A stretch of 64,000 nt of DNA, from contig NC_092678.1 in NCBI RefSeq assembly GCF_964355755.1, positions 1,194,422 to 1,258,421 on the forward strand, read 5' to 3'. Position 1 is the first letter of the stretch. Each line of letters begins with the position of its first letter. The translations under genes were made by a program, and so were the position numbers. The notes beneath the pieces are model-generated. The model ran no database searches and was not told where the DNA came from. It was given only the letters and a program-made list of their open reading frames with translations. Below, piece after piece: positions 13,126 to 23,369 of the stretch. This DNA comes from Antedon mediterranea. Its lineage: Eukaryota; Animalia; Echinodermata.

Positions 13126-14206
13126 TGATCTGGGGATCGAAATATCTAATCATCTGAAATGGAATGAGCACGTCATCAAAGTTGTCTCTAAATGTAATCG
13201 CAAACTTGGTATGATTAAGTGGCTATGGGTTACAATGCTCCTATCAGTATTACTAGGACGTTATTCACCTCCCTGGTTAGAACCGACCTTGAGTATGCTA
13301 GCTCATTGTGGAGTGGCACATCCAAATGTAACATGCAACATTTGGAAAGTATACAGCGTAAAGCTACCAAATACATTTTGAATTACCCCGATCAAGATTA
13401 CAAAGAACGTCTAACCTTGCTCAATTTACTGCCCCTATCATATTGAAGAGAATATATGGATGTTAACTTCTTCCATCAATGCTTGCTTAACATGAATGAT
13501 CTTAATATCAAGGATTTCGTTACATTTTCTGGAGACAATAATGGTCGTGCAACAAGATCATCTGTTGATGACCTCAATCTTACTGTTAGAAATGGTCATA
13601 CTGAATCACATAAATTGATGTATTTCCAACGCATTGTTCCCATTTGGAATCAGTTAGATCAAGATACTAGAAAAGCACCTACGTCTTGCAGGTTTAAGCT
13701 AGGGGCTAAGAAATATTTTAATGACTTATTTACCAATACGTATGAAACTGGCAATATGTGCACATGGGTGTCCTGTTGTCGCTGCTGTAAATGTCGGCCA
13801 ACTTAGTTTAATCTTAAATAATACAAATTTATTAATTACTATTATATTTAAATATATGTGATATATCGGGATTCATTAAATGTGATATTTATTCGAAATG
13901 TGTGACCATTCCTATGGTGTATGTGTGACTTATATATTATTTTTTAGGAGTGGAGCTGTGGCTTGGTGGTTATGATGCTTGGCTACCAATCTAAGGGTCC
14001 TGGGTTCAAGTCCTGTCATATGTCAGGGTTTTTTTCTCATGACAATTTACAACTCCACTCCCAAAGACTTAATAATAAGTCTTTGTTTATGTAGAGCATC
14101 TTGTGTATATGTTTGTCTTGTGAAATTTTAAATAGTTTATCCATCCTGTAATTGGCGGGTTACTCGCTGTTGGATGAGTATGAAATAAATAAATAAATAA
14201 ATAAAT
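13126..14206 (+). mobile_element. 5'-truncated CR1/L2-group LINE (ORF2 C-terminus + 3' UTR + (TAAA)n tail)
   Basis: DLGIEISNHLKWNEHV...LGMIK, LFTSLVRTDLEYASSLW, LESIQRKATK, YKERLTLLNLLPLSY*, FQRIVPIWNQL; one frameshift and one premature TGA; tail AAATAAATAAAT at 14183-14206. Confidence 0.9.
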
Positions 14207-14899
14207 ATTTATTATAATGTTATAAACCTTTTCATTACTCATTGTGCAATTTGGGATTGGACCGTTCTAGAGGTGCTTACCACCTGTTTGTCCCATCCTT
14301 CACTGAATTTAAGGCAATACTGGATATGAAACTTTATTGTGACTTTACCAAAATAAAAGACGCTAAAGAAAAATTGTGCTGTGTGAATATTAATCTAGGG
14401 TGCACATCAGAAAGTTACATCATGAATGTACATGAGAGGTACATGCACGTTGAACTTTTTCAATCAGTCGGCAGTTTAAAACATTTCAATGATAAAATAT
14501 GAATTGGTAATTTATAGAAAGATGTGAAGTATTGGAATAATAAAACTACAGCTGCTTACGAACTTGGAATAAACAAAAAAATGCACATGGTGTTAATCGA
14601 AATTAGATTATGTGCGCGAACACTAATATACCAAGAGGTAACCGTAATTTACGAAATACATTATGTTCCAGGAATATGTGTACTTAATTAAAACTACAAC
14701 GATCAGTCGAGACAGTTGGCCGGCTGCCGAGACTAAACTCTCTTTTAAGTTGGCGGCTCGGCATGGTATTTGCAGATCAACTCAACTCTACATGTGTGGG
14801 TGGGTTAGTCACCATCTAACATATCTTAATTATCTTCCTCACTGTTGGTTGTTTGAATTAAAAGTCAATTTTTAACAATATATTCCTTATGGCCAGGAA

Positions 14900-15485
14900 T
14901 CGATGTGGTTATGTTTTCACGGTGCGCAATACAAAATTACGCGGTCTACGCACGATTTAACGAAATCACGTTTGTAATCATATCTTCACAAGCATGAATC
15001 ACAATTAAATAAAATTTGATACTAATAAATTTCAGGGCATAAATCATCATATGGCAATACAATTACGTGCGTAGCGCATGTAACGCATGCGTACGCGCGC
15101 TTAAAATTTTTCCTAATTGTCAAAATTGATTTTCGATGAAATAAGAGTACGTTTAAGGCAATTTTAAGCGTTTAAAAAATTGCCATGATTACAGTGCACA
15201 GATTTTTGCACGCGTGCTGCGCGTTAAATGTTAATACGCACTCTTTTTGCCAGATTTCTGTTTTCTTGACTTACTTTTCAACTCGAAATTACGTTATACG
15301 AGCACGTAAAAAGTGACAGGCTACGCACGTGTAAATCAAAAAAATATAAATGTTTTTAAACATTTTCAACATTTTTAAACATGTTCAGCAATTTCGGTCG
15401 GTTGGTCGATCGGTTGGTAGGTCGGTCGGTCGGTCGGTAAACACTAACTTGAGCACGCGACTGCAGCCATCTATATGGCCTTGTT
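14900..15485 (+). mobile_element. Helentron/DINE-1-like non-autonomous element (3' end clear, 5' end uncertain)
   Basis: (GGTC)n microsatellite, then GCACGCGACTG, hairpin GCCATCTATATGGC and CTTGTT end; same terminus as the 38263-38372 element. Confidence 0.6.
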
Positions 15486-15489
15486 AATA

Positions 15490-18145
15490 TTGTGTAAGGT
15501 TGGTTCTCATATGGAGTTGTAGACTTGTACAACATCTCCCATCTGCATGTTTCTAGTAGTTTTTGTCATCGTTTATTTTGATTTGTCATCTTTATAGCTT
15601 ATTGATTCTTCTTGTTGGTGTTCTTGTGGATCTACAAGTATTTTGCTTGGTAACTTTGTGTTAAATTGTCTATCAAATAGTATTTCTGCTGGAGGTGGTC
15701 TTGTACTGGTGTGCTTTGTCGCTTTGTAGTTCATCAGAAATATGCACAGCCCTTGCTCCCATGGTAGTCCGTCTTCTCGGGCTGTTGCTATGGCCTTTTT
15801 GAATGTAAGCATGAAACGCTCCGCTTCTCATTGGCTCTTGGCCATTCAGGTGTTATCTTCCGGTGTTTAAATCCCATGTATTGTGAGAACTGTTTGAATT
15901 CTTCCCCATTGAATGGTGTGCAATTATCACTCCTTATGATGTTGGGTATACTGAACATTGATATGATAGTAGCTAGTTTGGGAATTACTGCTTTGAAAGA
16001 TGTTAATATTTCAATCACTGGATATCTGGTATAATCATCTGTTACGACCATGATGTAGTATCCATTTGGGAAATGACCACAAAAGTCTTTGCTCAGAACT
16101 GTCCACCGTCCATCACTTTGTAATTTGGACTTCTTTAACGGCAACTTCTTTTGCATCCTGTAGACTCTTTAATCATCTCTTCTACTTGTTTATCTATTCT
16201 TGGAAACCATATATTCTCTCTCACTAAGCTCTTGGTTTTCACTACGCTTTGGTGTCCTTCTTGTGCTATAGAAATCGATTTCTTTTTGTAGCGATTCTGG
16301 TATTACTATTCTTGTTCCACAAAGTATGATTTTATTTTCTGGGCTTAGAGTTAGTTCTTCACGAACTTGACAATAAGGTTTCTTTGTTGATGCATTGATG
16401 TTGTCGTTGGTATCTTGAAACCATTTCCCATCTTGTATTCGTTTACTGACCCACTGTAGTGTTGGATCAGTTTCTGTTTCTCTTTAGATTTCTTCTTTGG
16501 TCGTAGCTTCTCGTTCAGTTTGAGAATATCGGCTTTCCGTGTCATACAGTATAGTGCCCTACTCCCATATGCAACTATCTGTGACCATAGAAGGATAGGT
16601 TGGTTTATTGAAGATGAATTTATCAGTATTCAAGCCTTTTTTAAAAATCTTTTGAGTACATCTCGTAGGCTTTGATCATGTTGCACCAAACACTCTTATA
16701 TCATCACTCATGTTTCGTCCTCGTGGTATGCATTGTAGGACTTGTTCAATCACATTTTGTTATAGTCTTTTATTTTTTCTTAGAACAGCATGTGCTGCAA
16801 ATGTTGCCTGCTGTCTGGATGTAGTTCCAATTGGTGGTTTTTAAATCAAGCTTCGAGAATATCTTTGCACCGTTCAAGTCATGATGTCATCAATTGTTGG
16901 GGTCCCATGTCTTTCCCTCTGAATGGCTTCGTTGACCTGTCTCATGTCGATGCATAACCGCACTCACCTTTGGGATAATTACGAGTTGTGACACCCATGG
17001 TGTTGGTTCTTGCTGCTACTTTCTCATTATATCAAGATATAGCATCTTTAATTATTTTTCAACTTTCTTTCTTAAATTGAATCAGTCTGTGTGCTTGTTT
17101 CTGTGGTTGGATACTTTCATCAATGTGTAGCTTAACTTGGTAGTTCTTTAGTTTGCCAATGCCACCAAACACTTCTGGGTATTCATCAATGATCCTTGTA
17201 TTTTCTTCCTTATTTGGAATGTGTTGGTCATTGATTATCGTGTTTGAATTAGGTCAAGTTCTCTTGCCATTTTCTAACTCAGTAGACATCCTGTATCGCC
17301 TTGAACAATATATAATTCAGCAACTCCTATCTTCTTGTTGCTTTTAGTGTGTGCTGTGAATGGAATAGTCGCCTGTGTACCATATGGATGGATTTTAGCT
17401 GAGCTTTTCTGGAGCCTCGGTTGGTATTTCATTGCCTTGTATGTGGTTTCATCTATTAAATTTACTGAGGCTTCCGTGTCTAGCACTGTCATTAGGTTGA
17501 TATTTCTTCAATCTACATGCAAAGTGATGCCAATTGTTGGTAGACCATCTGTATCATTCATGCCAACTCTATTTTTATTTGTTTCGTTTGTCGACACGTA
17601 CTGGAAAAGTGGTTATTCTTTTCACACAATGTTCTTCCAAATGCTGGGCATAAGGTTTTCCCATTTTTATGTGGAATATTGCCTCCACAATTTCTGCATT
17701 TTGTACCAGTCTCCTTCTTGTTTAGTCTAGTGTCACATTTGTGTCTCAGAATGCTTGGCGTTGTAATCTCCCTGACAGGCAACTTTGTATTATTTGGCTT
17801 TGTATTTCATTATTGGTGTCACTAAATTCATACTATTTGGCTAATGCCCTGGTTGCGTATGTGTCAAGTTTTTCACCATGGTTCTGTTTAGCTTCTCTGA
17901 ATCTAAATATTTCATACTGAATGTTTTTCTTTGGTTCAAAGTTCTCACTCAGTTTTTGTTTTACTGTCTGGTAATTGTCATCGTTATCTTTCATAGTGTC
18001 ATAGATATCATGTACGTGCACTCCACCAGCATAGTGTAAGAGCAACGACAATTTTCTTTGAAATGCATTGATATTCATGGAGACTAGGCCAGTCTATATA
18101 TTGGCCAGGTCTGTCGAAATAAAACATCAAGTAGCAACTGATGTA
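15490..18145 (-). mobile_element. Decayed Ty3/Gypsy (Mag/K02A2.6-like) LTR retrotransposon internal region: gag-PR-RT-IN, no LTRs seen
   Basis: gag LLLHYAG..VHDIYDT, EIFRFREAKQ, knuckles CRNCGG..H..CPAFG..CEKNNHFSSTC; protease VLDTEASVNLID; RT PTPWVSQLVIIPK/VRLCIDMRQVNEAI and NMSDDIRVFG; integrase DFCGHFP..VVTDDYTRYP..RSDNCTPF..HRKITPEWPRAN; many stops and frameshifts. Confidence 0.92.
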
Positions 18146-18237
18146 GCTTAGAAGGGGTTCGAATCCAACCGGGTACGGTTGTTTAAATTTATATATAAAT
18201 CGAGTCAATTACAATGTATAAAGTATCTTCGAAATTG

Positions 18238-19374
18238 GCACGTCCAATATCAGGTAGCGCACGTCCAATATCAGGTAGCACACGTCCAATATCAGGTAGC
18301 GCACGTCCAATATCAGGTAGTGCACGTCCAATATCAGGTAGCTCACGTCCAATATCAGGTAGCACACGTCCAATATCAGGTAGCTCACGTCCAATATCAG
18401 GTAACGCACGTCCAATATCAGGTAGCGCACGTCCAATATCAGGTAGCGCACGTCCAATATCAGGTAGCGCACGTCCTATAAAACATCCTACCTGATATTT
18501 GTTGGCGCTACTTGATATTTGTTGGCGCTACCTGATATTGGACGTGCGCTACCCGATATTGGACGTGCGCTACCTCATATTGGACGTGCACTACCTGATA
18601 TTGGACGTACGTTACCTGATATTGGACGTGCGCTACCTGATATTGGACGTGCGCTACCTGATATTGGACGTGAGCTACCTGATATTGGACGTGAGCTACC
18701 TGATATTGGACGTGAGCTACCTGATATTGGACGTGAGCTCACGTCCAATATCGGGTAGCGCACGTCCAATATCAGGTACCACACGTCCAATATCACGTGC
18801 GCTACCTGATATTTGTTGGCGCTACCTGATATTTGTTGGCGCTACCTGATATTGGACGTGCGCTACCCGATATTGGACGTGCGCTACCCGATATTGGACG
18901 TGCGCTACCTCATATTGGACGTGCACTACCTGATATTGGACGTGCGCTACCTGATATTGGACGTGCGCTACCTGATATTGGACGTGAGCTACCTGATATT
19001 GGACGTGAGCTACCTGATATTGGACGTGAGCTACCTGAAATTGGACGTGAGCTACCTGATATTGGTTGGCGCTACCTGATATTGGATGTGTGCTACCTGA
19101 TATTGGACGTGCGCTACCTGATATTGGACGTGCGCTACCTGATATTGGACGTGCGCTACCTGATATTGGACGTGCGCTACCTGATATTGGACGTGCGCTA
19201 CCTGATATTGGACGTGAGCTACCTGATATTGGATGTGTGCTACCTGATATTGGACGTGCGCTACCTGATATTGGACGTGCGCTACCTGATATTGGACGTG
19301 CACTACCTGATATTGGACATGAGCTACCTGATATTGGACGTGCGCTACCTGATATTGGACGTGTGCTACCTGAT
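18238..19374. repeat. 21-bp minisatellite with orientation switches (foldback array)
   Basis: Unit GCACGTCCAATATCAGGTAGC; + at 18238-18474, - at 18492-18737, + at 18738-18794, - at 18795-19374. Confidence 0.95.
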
Positions 19375-19387
19375 GAAGTCAAGCGAA

Positions 19388-21235
19388 ATCCCAAGTGGCT
19401 CAGGCGGTTAAGACCACTGCACTTGGATCTAAACCTTTGCCCGTTTAGAAGGGGTTCGAATCCAACCAGGTACATTTTTATTATATTGAATTGAGTCAAT
19501 TACAATGTATAAAGTATCTTAGAATTTGCGGCGATCCATCAAAATCCAAAGTGGCTCAGGTGGTTAAGACCACTGCACTTGGATCTAAACTTTTGCCCGT
19601 TTAGAAGCGGTTCGAATCCAACCCGGTACATTTAAATTTATATATAAATTGAGTCAATTACAATGTATAAAGTATCTTAGAATTTGCGGCGATCCATCAA
19701 AATCCCAAGTGGCTCAGGTGGTTAAGACCACTGCACTTGGATCTAAACCTTTGCCCGTTTAGAAGGGGTTCGAATCCAACCAGGTACATTTAAATTTATA
19801 CATAAATTGAGTCAATTACAATGTATAAAGTATCTTAGAATTTGCGGCGATCCATCGAAATCCCAAGTGGCTCAGGTAGTTAAGACCACTGCACTTGGAT
19901 CTAAACCTTTGCCCGTTTAGAAGGGGTTCGAATCCAACCAGGTACATTTTTATTATATTGAATTGAGTCAATTACAATGTATAAAGTATCTTAGAATTTG
20001 CGGCGATCCATCGAAATCCAAAGTGGCTCAGGTGGTTAAGACCACTGCACTTGGATCTAAACCTTTGCCCGTTTAGAAGGGGTTCGAATCCAACCAGGTA
20101 CATTTAAATTTATATATAAATTGAGTCAATTACAATGTATAAAGTATCTTAGAATTTGCGGCGATCCATCGAAATCCCAAGTGGCTCAGGTCGTTAAGAC
20201 CACTGCACTTGGATCTAAACCTTTGCCAGTTTAGAAGGGGTTCGAATCCAACCCGGTACATTTAAATTTATTTATAAATTGAGTCAATTACAATGTATAA
20301 AGTATCTTAGAATTTGCGGCGATCCATCGAAATCCAAAGTGGCTCAGGTGGTTAAGACCACTGCACTTGGATCTAAACCTTTGCCCGTTTAGAAGGGGTT
20401 CGAATCCAACCCGGTATATTTAAATTTATATATAAATTGAGTCAATTACAATGTATAAAGTATCTTAGAATTTGCGGCGATCCATCGAAATCCCAAGTGG
20501 CTCAGGTGGTTAAGACCACTGCACTTGGATCTAAACCTTTTCCAGTTTAGAAGGGGTTCGAATCCAACCAGGTACATTTAAATTTATATATAAATTGAGT
20601 CAATTACAATGTATAAAGTATCTTAGAATTTGCGGCGATCCATCAAAATCCCAAGTGGCTCAGGTGGTTAAGACCACTGCACTTGGATCTAAACCTTTTC
20701 CAGTTTAGAAGGGGTTCGAATCCAACCAGGTACATTTAAATTTATATATAAATTGAGTCAATTACAATGTATAAAGTATCTTAGAATTTGCGGCGATCCA
20801 TCAAAATCCCAAGTGGCTCAGGTGGTTAAGACCACTGCACTTGGATCTAAACCTTTGCCCGTTTAGAAGGGGTTCGAATCCAACCAAGTACATTTAAATT
20901 TATATATAAATTGAGTCAATTACAATGTATAAAGTATCTTAGAATTTGCGGCGATCCATCGAAATCCAAGTGGCTCAGGTGGTTAAGACCACTGCACTTG
21001 GATCTAAACCTTTGCCCGTTTAGAAGTGGTTCGAATCCAACCAGGTACATTTAAATTTATATATAAATTGAGTCAATTACAATGTATAAAGTATCTTAGA
21101 ATTTGCGGCGATCCATCGAAATCCCAAGTGGCTCAAGTGGTTAAGACCACTGCACTTGGATCTAAACCTTTGCCGGTTTTAGAAAGGGTTCGAATCCAAC
21201 CAGGTACATTTTTATTATATTGAATTCAATTCAAT
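19388..21235 (+). repeat. Tandem array of 12 x 156-158-bp tRNA-derived units, each with Pol III A and B boxes
   Basis: Unit starts 19388, 19544, 19702, 19860, 20016, 20174, 20332, 20490, 20648, 20806, 20964, 21121; A box TGGCTCAGGTGG, B box GGTTCGAATCC; a partial unit also at 18146-18237. Confidence 0.92.
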
Positions 21236-21248
21236 TAAAAATATAAAA

Positions 21249-21316
21249 ATACTGGGGTTTGAACCAGCTACCCTTTAGTCGTTAGACTTTGGCACTATCC
21301 GTTGCGCCACACAAGA
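21249..21316 (-). other. tRNA-like (SINE-head-like) sequence, minus strand
   Basis: Minus strand TGGCGCAACGGATAG (A box) ... CTGGTTCAAACCCCAG (B box/T arm). Confidence 0.6.
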
Positions 21317-21552
21317 TAACATATAAACTATGTAAAAAAAAAAAAATTAAGAACCTTTGTACTAATTAAAATGTACAAAATATAAAGTATTTTAGAATCT
21401 TTAGTTGGTCATCAAATCCTCAAGTAGCTCGTTGGTGAGTAATAGTGTGATTGGATCTGAACATGTTTGCTTTGGCGAGGGTTCATATACCACCAAGTGC
21501 ATTTTTTTTATATAAATTGAATTCAATTTGCAAACAAAAAAAGTAAATAGTG

Positions 21553-21625
21553 TGGTATCACTGGGACTCGAACCAGTGACCCTCCAATCACTATACGTAG
21601 CACTAACCGCTGCGCTACACAAGTG
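21553..21625 (-). other. tRNA-like (SINE-head-like) sequence, minus strand
   Basis: Minus strand TAGCGCAGCGGTTAGTGC ... TCACTGGTTCGAGTCCCAGTGA (paired T arm); no acceptor stem. Confidence 0.65.
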
Positions 21626-21847
21626 AATATATTAACTTAAAAAAAAAAAAAATAAGAACCTTCGTTTTTCGATTGATGCTTTTATAAGTTTATGGCGTAC
21701 AAATTAACGTACACTTTCAGTAAGTTCCTAGGTAGCTCAGAGGTACAGACGTATGGCTGACGTGGTCGGTGGTTCGAGAGCTGTGCTGGACGAGATGGAC
21801 TTGGTGATGGACCTTCAGATGCACTTGGAGATGGTTGGAATTGACTC

Positions 21848-22085
21848 GGACAGGCAATCGATACGGACAGGCAATCGGATACGGACAGGGAAACGGATAA
21901 GGACAGGCAATCGGATACGGTCAGGCATCGAAAACGGACAGGGAAACGGATAAGGACAGGCAATCGGATACGGACAGGCATCGGAGACACATCGAAACGG
22001 ACAGGGAAACGGATAGTGGTGGAGGAGAGTGGAGGAGAGTGGAGAAGAGATGGGAGAAGAGATGGGAGAAGATGAGGAGAAAATA
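21848..22085. repeat. 18-bp minisatellite (CGGACAGGCAATCGGATA-like) followed by a GA-rich tract
   Basis: Direct reading of about 8 degenerate units, then (GGAGA)n-like purine tract. Confidence 0.8.
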
Positions 22086-22099
22086 ATTTTAAATTAAAA

Positions 22100-22200
22100 T
22101 TTTTTTTTTTTTTTATTTTTTTTTTTTTTTGCCCATAGCGGGAATCGATCCCGCGATCTCTAGATCCATAGGCGCTAGTTTAGCGCGTTAAGCCAAAAAT
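22100..22200 (-). mobile_element. tRNA-derived SINE-like head with A-tail, minus strand
   Basis: Minus strand TGGCTTAACGCG...GCGGGATCGATTCCCGC (T arm), directly followed by about 30 A. Confidence 0.5.
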
Positions 22201-22270
22201 CAACCTGAAAGAAAAAAAAAATTTTTCGAAGTGTTAAACCTTCGGTCAAAAATCAGAAATTTTTAAAAAA

Positions 22271-22528
22271 GTCGGTCCAAACCGCAAATATTCCGTGTTT
22301 TACCATTTTATGTCGGTCCAAACCGCTACTATTCCATGTTTTACAAAAGAGAGATGGTAAAACATGGAATATTTGCGGTTTGGACCGACATGTAAATGGT
22401 AAAACACGGAAAATAAGCGGTTTGGACTGACATGTTTTTAAAATGAGAAATGGTAAAACACGGAATATTCACGGTTTGGAACGACATATAAATGGTAAAA
22501 CACAGAAAAACAGCGGTTTAGCCTGACA
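22271..22528. repeat. Foldback of 41-bp units (2 forward + 4 inverted)
   Basis: GTCGGTCCAAACCGCAAATATTCCGTGTTTTACCAT vs ATGGTAAAACATGGAATATTTGCGGTTTGGACCGAC. Confidence 0.85.
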
Positions 22529-23369
22529 TATTTTCTAAAGTTTTGATTAATCAGGCAAAGACAACAATTTAGACTAACATTTGGACATTAATTTGTATTT
22601 AATTTTCAATTTGAATCAAAAAGTATTAAATATATGTATGTCAATTTGTCAATTTCAAATGGGACGGGGTAGGGCCAGAGTAATGGGGGAGGAGAAACAT
22701 TATTATATGTATCATTAAATGTTAAATCAGTTAGTTTGAAATTTAAATATATTTGAAAATGTGTATTTAAAATATATCATATCTTATTTACCAATTTGTC
22801 AGTAGTTAATAAAGTCCTACAAAACAAAGTGCGAATTATAAATAAATTTACATAGCAATCATAGGAAAAGGACCGAACAATAATGATAATAATAGTTAGT
22901 TTTTGTATTTACCAATTAAGCCAGTAGCCTAATAGTAAAGTTGCCTGTACCCTATACAAATAATACTACGTGAACAAATTAAAAATAGGCACAATGGGGG
23001 CACAATGTCGCGATCAAAAGAGATAATAAATCAGTTTCCTGACCTACAAATTAAGCTGAATAAGGTCTGTATTAATAAAGTTTCTATAAAGTCACGTATG
23101 TGTACGAAGAATTAATAATGGGGCCCTTTTATAATATTTCATTCTTATAAAGCAAGCTCTCAATGCGCTGAACATTATTACCCCAGTCAGTAGACGATTA
23201 CAACTAAGCAAGCTAACAAAGTTGCCTGTACCATATAAACCTGTATAAATGCGTGAACGAATTATTAATAGGGTGGTACAGTATTTACATTTAATTCTCA
23301 GACACAGCTAGAGCCACAATGTCACAAAACAATAATGATATTAATAATAGTTAAGTTGCCCAACTAAAG

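Noticed and set aside
18179-19499. Long repetitive ORFs on both strands (up to 225 aa; LPDIGRA, ARPISGS, HVQYQVA)
   Set aside because: A 21-bp unit is a multiple of 3 and stop-free in several frames; orientation flips rule out a single coding sequence.
19388-21235. Cluster of functional tRNA genes (apparent TGG/Pro anticodon loop CTTGGAT)
   Set aside because: Acceptor and anticodon stems do not pair and the T stem has only 2 bp; treated as tRNA-derived units instead.
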